IMG/VR virus record: IMGVR_UViG_3300035199_000963
Coordinates: 1 to 55,136 of that record
Source: a virus
Taxonomy: Duplodnaviria > Caudoviricetes
Strand: one strand, 5' to 3'
DNA length: 55,136 nt
The position numbers and the translations under genes were made by a program. The notes under the pieces were generated by a model. That model made no database searches. It was not told where the DNA came from and was given only the letters and a program-made list of their open reading frames with translations. The number at the start of each line of letters is the position of its first letter. Within the stretch, counting starts at the first letter, position 1. This document shows, one piece after another, positions 29,427-39,917 of this stretch.

Positions 29427-29485
29427 AACGACGTAGGAAAAACAGTTGTTTTTTGTTGGACAATCAAAACACGGCTAACGCGCTT

Positions 29486-32400
29486 TTACTCTGACTCGTC
29501 AGCCATGGCTCTTTGCGCCGCTTCCAGGGCCCGTCGAGTATTATAGAATACTTCGACCCCCTCAGCATCTTTAAGTGACTCTCGGGGCATCAAGATTTCG
29601 TCCCATGGGTCATTAATATAGACCGAGGCATACCGCGGTGGGGCTGCGCAATCGTCTTTATCATCCAAAGCAATTGGCTCAGATGGACAAGCACCAGAGC
29701 CGCCGTTGACGTCGCTTGGATCTGCATACGAACCCGGAATATCGGGCCAAGGTGGGAAGGGGAGTGTAAAGCACCCCCACTCCTCCTTGAAGCGTTCTCC
29801 AAGTGGTCCCAAAAGTTCGTTGTCTTTCGTAGTTGGGATTATTGGACAAAGCAGCAGCTTAAGAATCATCATCGCTACCCCACCAAGCATGGTGGCTCCC
29901 AAAATGTTGAGTACGGCAACTATCATCGCTATGGCTGTGTCTATAGCCATCTGTTTGGCATCATAACCTAGGGCTTCCAAAATTTTATCCCAGTCTAATC
30001 CATACAGGGCATCTGATATTGAAGGATCCTTACACCTATCCAGAGGATCATCGCTCGTTAAGACGTAGAAAAGTTTTTTCAGTGCAGCCTTAGGGGGATC
30101 AAAAGAGTTATCTGTTTCCTTGTACATGGTTGAGACCAACAAATCTAAACCTAAGAAAGCAGTTCCGTAGAGTCTATCAACGGGGAAAATGTATTCTGTC
30201 AAAAGTTTATAATCATCACTTGCTTCTATGCTTTCCTTTAATTCTCGGAATATACGCGTGGCGGCTTCGCCCTCGCCCCAATTACCAAGAGTGCTCTGCA
30301 GGTTGTATTCATGATCTAGTAAGATCTTTTCGCTTTCAAAAAGAGGTAACATTGTTGTTTCGACGGAGGCCGCAGTCAGCGGGCTGGATTCATAGATTCT
30401 ATAGGCTTTTTCTTCTTTAGATATCTCGGCAGCGGAGGCTGGTTGTGCATTCCAAACATCTTTGAAGGAATTATCCGCGGCTTGCATGCCCGCTGTTTCT
30501 GATGTAATTCGCTGCGACGGGGGCATGTAAACTAACCTTACACCTAAGGCCAGTCGATCAAAGTAATCTGAGATGAGGTTTGACCGTCGCTGGGTTCGCT
30601 CTAAAACTGGTAGCGCTTGATTCTCCCAAAAACGATTCCATTGGTTATAGTTCACCACCCCATACAAATCTGGAACACGGATTTGTTCTAACACTTCTGT
30701 AAAAGCTTCCACGTCTCCACTTAAAGAGCGCTCCAGCGTTTGCCCAGAAACCCGGGAGCTACTCCTATTTTGTATCACTTCAGCTAATTCATTTGATACT
30801 TGTCCTGGTGGAGATGGTTTACCTACAACCCTTACATACCTCTGGAAGAAGAAGCCTCCATGTTTTTTCGCATGGGTTGAGTGCCAATCACCGTCTTCTT
30901 CCAAGTTCGTGTCCATAGGCTCAACGATCTGTGCTCTCGGGACTTCCAAAATCTTGTTCAGAACAAGCAACTCTTCGGCATCTTTTTTGAGATGTTGTCC
31001 CTCATCAGTAAACACCTCCCACCCAGAAGGCAGAGGAGAACCATCCGATGTCTTTATTGCAGCATGCTCTTTAAGGATAAAATCGAACTCTTGAATCAGC
31101 GCGGGAATCTGCTCTTTCAACAGGAATACCAGCATATCATCCACAGAAGAGATCTCGATGGGTTGACCGCCAATAGGATCCGATTTCAAGGCTTGATCAC
31201 CTCTATTTTTTCGATCCCTCATGACTTTCTTAACTTGCTCTACAAAATCACAATAAAATGCTTTATCCTTACTTATTTCCATCTTAAGACGCTGCGTGAT
31301 ATATAGTGGCACCACATTGGACCGGAAAATATCGAGCATCCGATAGCGAGTAATGAGGGGATATATTTTTAACAAAAACTCAACAGAATAAACTCTCATG
31401 ACCAAATATATAATCCCCAAAACGGCGGCGCCGGCAAGTTCCGACATACCCTTCTTGGCGTTTGGATCGCCCATAGGATCACAAACTGGATTTTTCTGGA
31501 ATTCGTCTTTTACTTTGTCTTTTAAGGCGTTTAAACTTAAGAGATCCCCATGGGGGGCATTCGATGGAATCTTGATATATTCGTATTTGGGTAGCCCATC
31601 ATCAGTAGTTCCCAGGGTGCGCTTACGCATGTATCCCCTACTACGCTGTAATCTTGCATCAGAGAGTGGAAGAAATTCAATATTGGTGAGATCAGCGCCG
31701 GCGAGGAAGGGCGCGCTCTCCTGTGTATTTTGAACTATGTTATGTACATAAGACCGACAAATTTGTCGATAATCTTGATTAAGGACGGCGCGGGTGGTGG
31801 ATGAATCACCGACACTGCTGCGGGCGGCTGATATATTAAACCCCTTGGCAGCTAAATTCGAATCGATGTAATCAAAAAACATCTTATCTTTCCTGGCGGG
31901 AGCTGAGGCGCCGAAGAGGTCTGGACCGGGCAAATAATCATGATATTTCACAACATACTTGCGCACATCAGCTATACCAGCTTCGGTCTCAGGTACCCCA
32001 GGCTGGGTGACCTTGGTTATTTTCTGGTAACTCAGCATGAAATTGTCAGTATTTACACTAGATGACTGAGCCACATCAACTACTGTCAAGTACGGAGTGA
32101 CTTTGAACTCAAGACCATCATCGTTGCCGCCGTGGGGGAGGAACCCCGGAACGCCAGGCAAGTAGTCAGGTGTAAAAGCTGCAGCCTTAAAATGGTCAGA
32201 AAGCTTCTTGACCCCTTGGTTCCCGGGATAATTCAACTGAAATTCTTCGCTGGGGATCATGCTTGATAGTACAAAATTAGGGTCGGTGGGTAGCTCAAAA
32301 TGCATGGGGTTCATACTATGGAATAGTGATCCGTACCACGTCCCTCGGCGCTCGTCGGCACTTCGTATATAAGCGGCGGTCCTGTCGAGTGGGGGCGCCT

Positions 32401-35400
32401 TGTCTCTTGCTTGTTGCATAAATTTAATTTCAAAACCCACAAAAGTGCCGGGCGCATATGGTGCAACGGCAGACTCGGGGCCGAGGAGCCCATGAGTGTT
32501 TGGAAGTGCTGGAGCCAAAAACTCTACATCAGGAAGGGTTAGACTATAGTCCTCTGGTGGCTGGCCAGTATAATAAATGTGAAGCAATGTCCATGGGACA
32601 TCGCTCCCGACGTCAGCACGAGGAGTATTAGCTCCATAAAAGGAGTCGAGTCCGCCGCCATGAGTGCCGGGGGGATCGAGTTTTCGAGTGGGGGTCACGA
32701 AACTAATAAACCCCGGGGCTCTCTTTAGGGCTTGAAGTTTGTTGGCAATATACACCTTTTTAGCGACCACATAGTCCTCCTCTGTCGGTCCGGAGCGTCC
32801 TAGCTGGGTGATGATCTCTCGTCCGCCGGGATCTTCGGCGTGGTGGTGGACATTACCAGCACTCACGGAAGTCTCGGTTTCTCTCGTTTGAGTTGCGGCA
32901 GCTTTTTCATAAGCCGGGCTGCTTGCTATATCTGCAACGATTTTTTCAACCTCTGCTTCGTCTGCGGCAGTTAACACATAGCCTTCCTCGGCGGTACCCT
33001 CTACTATTGGTACTAGGTGATTTAAAGTGTTGGGCACAGCCGAACTAAACCTATCACGAGTATCCTCATAAAATATATTAATAGCTGTGTCGTTAGCTTC
33101 TGCCATAACTGGTATATTCTTCCAGTCTAGAAGAGCCTTTTCTGGTTCAGGTGGAGGAGGAGCGCCTTCGGGGCGCTCCGAAGGTACCACAGGATCACAA
33201 GGATCCCCCAGGATACTTGATGGACCCTTAGGGGCTATTTGAGTAAACCTAGAGTACTCATCCAAAGCATCCTGAAGCTCGTTACGGAGTTCTGGTGGAA
33301 AGATATCGGGTGGTAGATTACACAGATCAACCAGTTGTTCATCAGTGACCCCTAATAGCCCCTCACAATAAGTTGGGTCGATCAACTTTCCTAGCTCCTT
33401 GAATACTTCTCTTACCGCTGCGAGGTCGGTAAAGAGAGGCGCCAGAGCCGGGATGTCCGCCGTCTTATCTAGAATCATTTGCAAGGTTTCGACGGACGCA
33501 GAGCCGTCTAGCAACATGCAAAGTTGGGAGGGAGTGAGGAGACTCACCAACACCTCAATAAGGGCGGACATTTGCTCAACAGCTTGTGCTGCTCCGGGTG
33601 CAGAGGCCCCGGGGAGGGGGAGACCTCCGGAAGGAAATAAACGATCTAAAAGTGCAGCCAGATCATCCGGTGATAGGGGTGGCTCGTCTTCTATTCCGGG
33701 GGAGGCTAGATCCTGAAGCAGCATCTGACATATCATGTGAAGCATTTTCAGGGTAGTCTGTAGGAGGTTGGACAGGAGGTCGGCCCAGATCTTCTCCGCT
33801 GCGGTGGTGGCTGCTTTCACAGCTTCTTCATAGAGATCTTCTTTGCTAAGATCAAAACGAGGCAGCGACCACTTAGGGTTTTTGGGCAGCCCATAGCTTA
33901 GATCGTCATCCTGCATATCAGGGTTGAGCAGGTACTGAATCAGTTGCATTAGGAATGCTTCCAGCTTTTTGCAAATTTCTTCCAGGTCGGTCTGCTTGCT
34001 AAGCTCTTGTATATAATTGGCGCCAGCTAGCGCCTGGGCTTCCGTTTCATCACGGTACTGAGCATCTTTATCAAACTTACCCAATCTCTTCTGGGCGGCG
34101 GTGGCCTGCTGAAATTCTGCTGTTAGGGCGGCCGCCGATAGACTGCCATAGGAACTATCTATCCGCTGCAAGGCAATGTTATAAGCCTGCTGATCTCTCA
34201 ATTTGACCTTCCGGAGTGCTTCATCGGACTTGGCATTTTGGGTCTGATATCCTGTGGCCAACGTCCTGGCCGAGATGGCGCCGAGTTGTACAGCTGGTAC
34301 CAAAATCACTTGCCTGAATTTTTCAACGTTGTCGTCGCCATCGCCGAGCGCACTGAGCGCTAGACCCAGCTTTGTCTCGCAACTCCAGTTCATCCCCACA
34401 AGCTCCATCAAACACTGTGTCAGTTGTCTGGTTAGCCCCTTGATCCCATAACGAGCCAGGATATCTTGGTAGCCGTCGTTGACTGATTTGACCCAGGCAG
34501 CTGTGCGCTCCAAAGAAGCAAATTCTTTGGAGCCCGCAAAATGACGTTTTTTCTTAGCTGCCGCGGCGACGAGCCTTTGGACCGAAGGGGTTGCAAGATA
34601 TTCCTCTTCTCTGCTCAACTCTTCAGCCGTTTTGACGCCCGGGCCCATCTCGTCCTCATGGGGCTTTTTAAATTGCGGTGGAAGTAAGATATATTTCTGG
34701 ATGAACTCCTTGGGCGTTTTTGGATTGGGGGCTTTTGTTTCTTCAATAATGTTGTCCATATTGGATATGAAGGAGATATTCTGTGCTGAGCATGCTTCGC
34801 TGTGCACAAATTTATCAAAGCCCATCTTTAGGGGAATCTTTTTGGGACCCTCTCTCGTTGTAGCAATTGCATAAACGCCCTTTAGTTTATATCTCTGATC
34901 ATAAATGAACACCAGTTTCGCCGCAGAGTCAGCGAAGAGTTGAGAAGCACCGACAGGGGCGGCGTCGCCTTCATTTGCGTCCAAAAACTTCGCCAACTCC
35001 CCCTGGATGGGGGAGCCCTCTTTAACCAGCATTTCAAAATTCTGAAATTGGCTAGGTTCGAAGCCGTCGTCGTCATACAATGAAAAGCTCGCCGTGCTAG
35101 AGTCCATTAAATCCTTTTTTCCATCGCTTTTCCACTTCTTGTCTACCTTTTGCAAAGCTTGCTTAAATGCGGTTAGCTTTGCTGCAAAAGTTGCGAGAGG
35201 TATTTTTTGCTCATAGAATCCCCCGTAATATGAACCCTCCCCATAGGTCTTCTCATATAATTCCATTCTATGAGGGTGTCGCGGTATTACATCTAAATAG
35301 CTCCGGTGAATTGCCATATGGAAGCATAAGTCTCCTCCTTGGTTGAGAAAACGGTTAACAATAAACATGTGATCTTTCAGATGTTCTACAATAGCAATGT

Positions 35401-36904
35401 TCGCGGCGGAGGACAAGCCGGGCGAGCCCCACTTATCAAAAAATTTCAATAGATACGTGGCGGCGATCTTCTTGCCTTGTAATACCATATCTGTCCTGAT
35501 AGAGTCATCAGCGTCATTAACCCCAGATTCCAAAAACTGTTGTAATTTGTTGGCACCAGGGTAACCCACTAGGCTATCTCGAATGCTCTCCATAATCTGT
35601 GTCGTTCCGGTACCCAGCATGTTATTCAACAGGTTGGTCAGTCGCTCATTACGCGCGACTGCAGCAGGTGTGTCCCAGCCGTCGGGGTCGGGGGTGCTGG
35701 AGGCGGGCTCAGCGCTCGGCAACCTGTGAGGATTTCTAAGATCGATCGGATTTAAAGCTTCGAACACCTGATTGATCAATCCGATGTCGGAGGACGTTCC
35801 AGGAAACTTATATATCAGGTTTATGGTGTTGAACTTAGTTTCATGCCACGGAGTATATATGTCTTGTGATTTTTCCAATATCTTAGGAACGTTATCAACA
35901 TCGATGTAGGGAAGAGGCGGAGATACGTTGGCAGATATCTCATTGACGTCCGCCCAAGTCGCATCATTCACGGTTCCGATACCATATTCTACTACATGCT
36001 GAATCGCGCCGATGCTGTCAATGTCAGGATCCCCCACTATATAATATGGATCAACCTTTCGACGTACATCGTAAAGATTATCATCAGGATCTAAATCATA
36101 TCGCTTCAAGGAGCCCGCAAGGGGTAGCCCTAAGCGCCATGAGTGTAAAGTTTCACCCACATACGTCGACCGGGCGAGCATATACTCCTTTTCAATTTCA
36201 TCCATCTTAAGAGTAGAACCCTGCTCAAGCGCTTGACCGGTATAAGTGTCTATATCCCCAAGGGTTTCTTCGACGGCGGCGATCGCTGCAGATTCTAAGC
36301 CACCTTTGTGTACCATATAAGTGAAGTAATCTTCACTCCCCTTTGGCACAGCAACAAGAGCGCCCGGGAGGATTGCATCATTCTTGATATTGTGTGACAC
36401 CAACATCGCACTTTTGAGCCGTTCACCAGCAGGATATTCAACCACCATCTCCGTGTCTGCGTCTTCATAACTAATCTTAGTCTCGGAAGCCAGAAGATAG
36501 GTTGCGCTAGGAACAAACACATCCAGATACCAACGCGCAAATTCAGGCCATCTTTCGGCTACGTCAGAATCTCTGTTGATAGCCCCTTGCATAGCAAGCT
36601 CATAAGAGCCTTCCAAGCGATCGCGTGAAGGACTAGTCGAGGCGGCGCCGTAGGCATGGATCCGAAGGGATGGCTCCAGAGATTGACCTAGGTTATCTTT
36701 AAAGTTCTCAAAAATATTTTTGGTCTGTCGAGTCCAGTTGTCTTCTTGAGCGAGGTCCCTTCTCAAGCCAAGGGCACCAATGGCGGTTCCTTCAGGAATG
36801 GTAAATGGGTTTTTAAAATATACTGATCCGTAACCATTTTGGACAGCTAGGTGCAGCCAGTTTATAAGCTTAAGCTTCAGTGTTTCGGGATCGTATTCAG
36901 ACAT
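29486..36904 (-). CDS. very large, largely helical virion protein between spike and gp25 genes
   Basis: 2472-aa ORF with a long C-terminal hydrophobic stretch; no recognisable catalytic motif. Confidence 0.55.
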   Translation of the reverse strand: MSEYDPETLKLKLINWLHLAVQNGYGSVYFKNPFTIPEGTAIGALGLRRDLAQEDNWTRQTKNIFENFKDNLGQSLEPSLRIHAYGAASTSPSRDRLEGSYELAMQGAINRDSDVAERWPEFARWYLDVFVPSATYLLASETKISYEDADTEMVVEYPAGERLKSAMLVSHNIKNDAILPGALVAVPKGSEDYFTYMVHKGGLESAAIAAVEETLGDIDTYTGQALEQGSTLKMDEIEKEYMLARSTYVGETLHSWRLGLPLAGSLKRYDLDPDDNLYDVRRKVDPYYIVGDPDIDSIGAIQHVVEYGIGTVNDATWADVNEISANVSPPLPYIDVDNVPKILEKSQDIYTPWHETKFNTINLIYKFPGTSSDIGLINQVFEALNPIDLRNPHRLPSAEPASSTPDPDGWDTPAAVARNERLTNLLNNMLGTGTTQIMESIRDSLVGYPGANKLQQFLESGVNDADDSIRTDMVLQGKKIAATYLLKFFDKWGSPGLSSAANIAIVEHLKDHMFIVNRFLNQGGDLCFHMAIHRSYLDVIPRHPHRMELYEKTYGEGSYYGGFYEQKIPLATFAAKLTAFKQALQKVDKKWKSDGKKDLMDSSTASFSLYDDDGFEPSQFQNFEMLVKEGSPIQGELAKFLDANEGDAAPVGASQLFADSAAKLVFIYDQRYKLKGVYAIATTREGPKKIPLKMGFDKFVHSEACSAQNISFISNMDNIIEETKAPNPKTPKEFIQKYILLPPQFKKPHEDEMGPGVKTAEELSREEEYLATPSVQRLVAAAAKKKRHFAGSKEFASLERTAAWVKSVNDGYQDILARYGIKGLTRQLTQCLMELVGMNWSCETKLGLALSALGDGDDNVEKFRQVILVPAVQLGAISARTLATGYQTQNAKSDEALRKVKLRDQQAYNIALQRIDSSYGSLSAAALTAEFQQATAAQKRLGKFDKDAQYRDETEAQALAGANYIQELSKQTDLEEICKKLEAFLMQLIQYLLNPDMQDDDLSYGLPKNPKWSLPRFDLSKEDLYEEAVKAATTAAEKIWADLLSNLLQTTLKMLHMICQMLLQDLASPGIEDEPPLSPDDLAALLDRLFPSGGLPLPGASAPGAAQAVEQMSALIEVLVSLLTPSQLCMLLDGSASVETLQMILDKTADIPALAPLFTDLAAVREVFKELGKLIDPTYCEGLLGVTDEQLVDLCNLPPDIFPPELRNELQDALDEYSRFTQIAPKGPSSILGDPCDPVVPSERPEGAPPPPEPEKALLDWKNIPVMAEANDTAINIFYEDTRDRFSSAVPNTLNHLVPIVEGTAEEGYVLTAADEAEVEKIVADIASSPAYEKAAATQTRETETSVSAGNVHHHAEDPGGREIITQLGRSGPTEEDYVVAKKVYIANKLQALKRAPGFISFVTPTRKLDPPGTHGGGLDSFYGANTPRADVGSDVPWTLLHIYYTGQPPEDYSLTLPDVEFLAPALPNTHGLLGPESAVAPYAPGTFVGFEIKFMQQARDKAPPLDRTAAYIRSADERRGTWYGSLFHSMNPMHFELPTDPNFVLSSMIPSEEFQLNYPGNQGVKKLSDHFKAAAFTPDYLPGVPGFLPHGGNDDGLEFKVTPYLTVVDVAQSSSVNTDNFMLSYQKITKVTQPGVPETEAGIADVRKYVVKYHDYLPGPDLFGASAPARKDKMFFDYIDSNLAAKGFNISAARSSVGDSSTTRAVLNQDYRQICRSYVHNIVQNTQESAPFLAGADLTNIEFLPLSDARLQRSRGYMRKRTLGTTDDGLPKYEYIKIPSNAPHGDLLSLNALKDKVKDEFQKNPVCDPMGDPNAKKGMSELAGAAVLGIIYLVMRVYSVEFLLKIYPLITRYRMLDIFRSNVVPLYITQRLKMEISKDKAFYCDFVEQVKKVMRDRKNRGDQALKSDPIGGQPIEISSVDDMLVFLLKEQIPALIQEFDFILKEHAAIKTSDGSPLPSGWEVFTDEGQHLKKDAEELLVLNKILEVPRAQIVEPMDTNLEEDGDWHSTHAKKHGGFFFQRYVRVVGKPSPPGQVSNELAEVIQNRSSSRVSGQTLERSLSGDVEAFTEVLEQIRVPDLYGVVNYNQWNRFWENQALPVLERTQRRSNLISDYFDRLALGVRLVYMPPSQRITSETAGMQAADNSFKDVWNAQPASAAEISKEEKAYRIYESSPLTAASVETTMLPLFESEKILLDHEYNLQSTLGNWGEGEAATRIFRELKESIEASDDYKLLTEYIFPVDRLYGTAFLGLDLLVSTMYKETDNSFDPPKAALKKLFYVLTSDDPLDRCKDPSISDALYGLDWDKILEALGYDAKQMAIDTAIAMIVAVLNILGATMLGGVAMMILKLLLCPIIPTTKDNELLGPLGERFKEEWGCFTLPFPPWPDIPGSYADPSDVNGGSGACPSEPIALDDKDDCAAPPRYASVYINDPWDEILMPRESLKDAEGVEVFYNTRRALEAAQRAMADESE

Positions 36905-36909
36905 CTATC

Positions 36910-37911
36910 TTAGTTTGTGTAGTTATGTTCGCTTAAAATGTACTGGGGGCCGTTGGCACTAAGAAACTCGGTCTGCAAATGACCCTTGAGGTTGATTTTT
37001 ATCTTTAATAAATTAGGCATTTCTTTTCCAACTGTCTTCACTGCGAAAACTTGGGCCGGAGTAGTCAAGGTTGGAGAAGGCGTAGTGGGGGCAACAAAGT
37101 AGGGGCTTAAATGAGGGTGTGCCATCACTTGTGCATTAAACTTTAGCTGAAGGAACATGAAGGTGTTGATTCGAGCTGCCACGCTCTCAATGTCTGAGAT
37201 CATGGTTTCCAGGCATTTCTTCAAGCGATCTCCTTTAACGAGAGGCTGCATATCATGTGGTCCTTCGTCAGTATTCCCGGCTATTAGATCGATGCCTCTT
37301 TTGGTTGGCGCGCCTCCCAGTGCGTTAGACTCTCCCTTTTGACCAATTCCACTTATAATTTTTACTCCCTCTCGTCCAACAATACGAATACCGTCAGCTT
37401 TTAATACTATTGCAGATACAGCGGTGGACTTACCGACTGTCCCGGCGCACAACCCAAAATTTGAATCACAGTCTGTTTTTTCAGAAATGTATATCCGGGC
37501 GGCGTCGCCAAAAGGCAAAGGATCCACACTCTGCACCGGGGAAGAATTGCTTCCGTTTCTGCCACAGACTATGTCAATCGCTGAAGCGCGTGTTTCGCCT
37601 GACCCGGCATATCCTTCAGTACGGTTACCTAGGTTGTCTCCGCGCAAGCAAATATAACTACCTGCTGGATTGGAGATTACAGTTTCATCATCTCGTGCAA
37701 TGTATCTAGCCAACGGTTGCGGGCGGGGCGTACAAAACACACCGGCGCCTTCTGCAGGGGGAACGTTGGACTCAGATAGCTCGGTGAGGCGGTATTGCTC
37801 TATATCAGTGAGAGCGTCGTTATCCACAGCCGGAGTATAGAGTACCCTAGGATATGGTTCGCTGCCCGGCTTTCCTCCTGTGGTGTTAGTCTTGTCGTCT
37901 GGAACTGCCAT
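36910..37911 (-). CDS. putative baseplate central spike (gp5 C-terminal-like)
   Basis: 333 aa. Short beta-strand repeats (AARIYISEKTD, SAIVLKADGIRIVGREGVKIIS), PLVKGDRL and an HPH (HxH) motif near the C-terminus; follows the amidase gene. Confidence 0.5.
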   Translation of the reverse strand: MAVPDDKTNTTGGKPGSEPYPRVLYTPAVDNDALTDIEQYRLTELSESNVPPAEGAGVFCTPRPQPLARYIARDDETVISNPAGSYICLRGDNLGNRTEGYAGSGETRASAIDIVCGRNGSNSSPVQSVDPLPFGDAARIYISEKTDCDSNFGLCAGTVGKSTAVSAIVLKADGIRIVGREGVKIISGIGQKGESNALGGAPTKRGIDLIAGNTDEGPHDMQPLVKGDRLKKCLETMISDIESVAARINTFMFLQLKFNAQVMAHPHLSPYFVAPTTPSPTLTTPAQVFAVKTVGKEMPNLLKIKINLKGHLQTEFLSANGPQYILSEHNYTN

Positions 37912-37914
37912 CTT

Positions 37915-39609
37915 TTATGTGGTCAAATCCTCCGAGTTTGTGTTCATGGTATCATCCGATCGTGCCGGGAGCTTAGGATCTCTCGGGTGAATATATTGAT
38001 AATTATCCTCACCGTGATTAAGTTTAAGCCCTGGGATATCCCAGCTAAAGGGTCTTGTGACGTGACCTCTCCCCCTCGATCCGGGTGGGTTTGAAAATGG
38101 GTCCTGTCGCCACTGGCCGCGGGTGACCTCAAAGTGTGCCACAACATGCTCGTCATCTATCGGAATGCCTCTTCGTGTATTAATATCTTCCAACAGCTTT
38201 ACAAGAGAAGCCTCGGTCGCAGCAGTGAAGCCATGTTTGAGGTCGCCTTCGAGATCAATACCAATAGTTCTTGCGTTAGGGTTTTTATAAGGACAGTATA
38301 CCCATTTGGGGATCCCCCTCTTTTTGGCCTGTGCTTTGGCCGCCTTCGGGCAGACAGAATGGTGACCAGCCCATTTTTCTGCAACTACCTGAAATATCAC
38401 TCCTTTCTCGTCTATGATATAATGACTGGATACGTTTCTGGGCCCCCAGCCGTTAACAGTGTTTTTGGGCTTCGCCATCGTGTGGTGTAACACTATAAAG
38501 TCTATTTTGGTGCGCTCGCTAGTGTTGTGGTCAAGTAACCCTAAGAGATCATAATTCATCAACTTAGACACAGCACTAGTGTGAGTATCCAAGGAGGGTT
38601 TGCCGCCTCCACCAGATCGCGAGTAGAGAGGTACCCTGCGCAAGCGTTTTTGTTCTTTGGTCAACAGTGGAGTCTCCGGTACTACTCCCGCTGCTCCGAG
38701 AGCCTCTTCGCCAAAACCCAAGGAGGCGCCGGCTAGCAACTCTGAACACTTTTTAGATTCTTTGTGAGCATCGGATCCTTGCTTTTTGGTTTGATAGGCG
38801 CTAAATGCCAATATTGGCTGGCCGCTGCTATGTAACACAACCTCCACCATAGCGCCTTTGACACCTCCATATTCCGACATGCCGTCGGACACTTGAGGAG
38901 AAGCAACACCAGAGGTCTTGGGTGCGGGAGGATCGGTATATTGTACCTTGACTAAGGCTCCGGGGACTAAAAACTTTTGATTCTCAAAAGACTGACTGTA
39001 TGTGAACAGTGGATAAAACTTAACCATAGAATTGGCGGCGCGTTTGAGTGCCTTGGAGCTTCGATTACACAACTTTTGTGCCTCCACGTTGCCCGGGGTA
39101 ATAGGAACAGGAGGAAGAGGCTGTAGCTCGGGAATACGCACACGCACGTAACCAGAGCGGGCTGTGGCGGTATTCTCAAGCTTTGTTTTTGCACGAACCC
39201 TTGCTCTCGTCGCGGCGGAGTCGGCGCCGGCGCGGCTGGCGTCGCTTTCTTTTTCCAAAGCCTTCAACTTCGCGGCGCGCATGGCGGGAGTCGAGCCGGC
39301 TGCTGCGATGCGTGCCTGAGCGTCAGCAACCGAGGTTGGTAGAGAGTATCCGGCTGTATCCGGAGTGGTCTGACAATCTCGGCTAGACTTTACATGCTCC
39401 AGCACATATCCATAAAAAACGCGGCGTTCAGATAACTTTCCTGGCGGAGTAAGCTGTTGGTTAATAGCAGTTCGAAGAAAACCCCACTCATCTATTGTGT
39501 CACTATCCCAGGCGATGGCAGCATGTCCGAGTCCTGTGTTTAGTGGCAGAGATTCTGTGTCACTAGCAATGCCGGCACTAGTTGCCTCTTGTGAAGCTGG
39601 ATTACCCAT
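37915..39609 (-). CDS. gp5-like baseplate hub protein with C-terminal N-acetylmuramoyl-L-alanine amidase (Amidase_2)
   Basis: 564 aa. Amidase motifs IVLHHT, VSSHYIIDEKGVIFQVV, NARTIGIDLEG, VVAHFEV...QDP; N-terminal YVRVRIPE...PGALVKVQY is OB-fold-like. Confidence 0.75.
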   Translation of the reverse strand: MGNPASQEATSAGIASDTESLPLNTGLGHAAIAWDSDTIDEWGFLRTAINQQLTPPGKLSERRVFYGYVLEHVKSSRDCQTTPDTAGYSLPTSVADAQARIAAAGSTPAMRAAKLKALEKESDASRAGADSAATRARVRAKTKLENTATARSGYVRVRIPELQPLPPVPITPGNVEAQKLCNRSSKALKRAANSMVKFYPLFTYSQSFENQKFLVPGALVKVQYTDPPAPKTSGVASPQVSDGMSEYGGVKGAMVEVVLHSSGQPILAFSAYQTKKQGSDAHKESKKCSELLAGASLGFGEEALGAAGVVPETPLLTKEQKRLRRVPLYSRSGGGGKPSLDTHTSAVSKLMNYDLLGLLDHNTSERTKIDFIVLHHTMAKPKNTVNGWGPRNVSSHYIIDEKGVIFQVVAEKWAGHHSVCPKAAKAQAKKRGIPKWVYCPYKNPNARTIGIDLEGDLKHGFTAATEASLVKLLEDINTRRGIPIDDEHVVAHFEVTRGQWRQDPFSNPPGSRGRGHVTRPFSWDIPGLKLNHGEDNYQYIHPRDPKLPARSDDTMNTNSEDLTT

Positions 39610-39917
39610 TACTCTTCTTGTCCTCCGCCATTAATAATGTCGAACAACTCAGACTTGTCAACTTCGCTAAGTCCTTGAGTCTTGCTGTCTTTCTTGTGGA
39701 GAATGCTTGTTACTTTGACAAGCTGTTCGTTCGAACGCTGAAGGGTTTCAACGTATTTAGAAGCGATCAGTCCACATTCCTTATGTGAGGAAATGTCCTT
39801 CTTCATGTAGATGATGAGATCGGCCAGAAGCGAGTGGATGATTGTACGATCTTTGCGCACGTTATCCACTGCCTCTTCCAATCTCTCTTCTAAGTTTAAA
39901 TCTTTCCCTCGTCCCAT
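39609..39917 (-). CDS. hypothetical helical protein
   Basis: 102-aa ORF overlapping both neighbours. Confidence 0.65.
   Translation of the reverse strand: MGRGKDLNLEERLEEAVDNVRKDRTIIHSLLADLIIYMKKDISSHKECGLIASKYVETLQRSNEQLVKVTSILHKKDSKTQGLSEVDKSELFDIINGGGQEE

Noticed and set aside
27192-39609. Bacterial eCIS, tailocin or T6SS locus
   Set aside because: T4 gp6-type wedge, phage sigma factor, RuvC-like gene and 55 kb of single-strand dense coding without housekeeping genes favour a phage.
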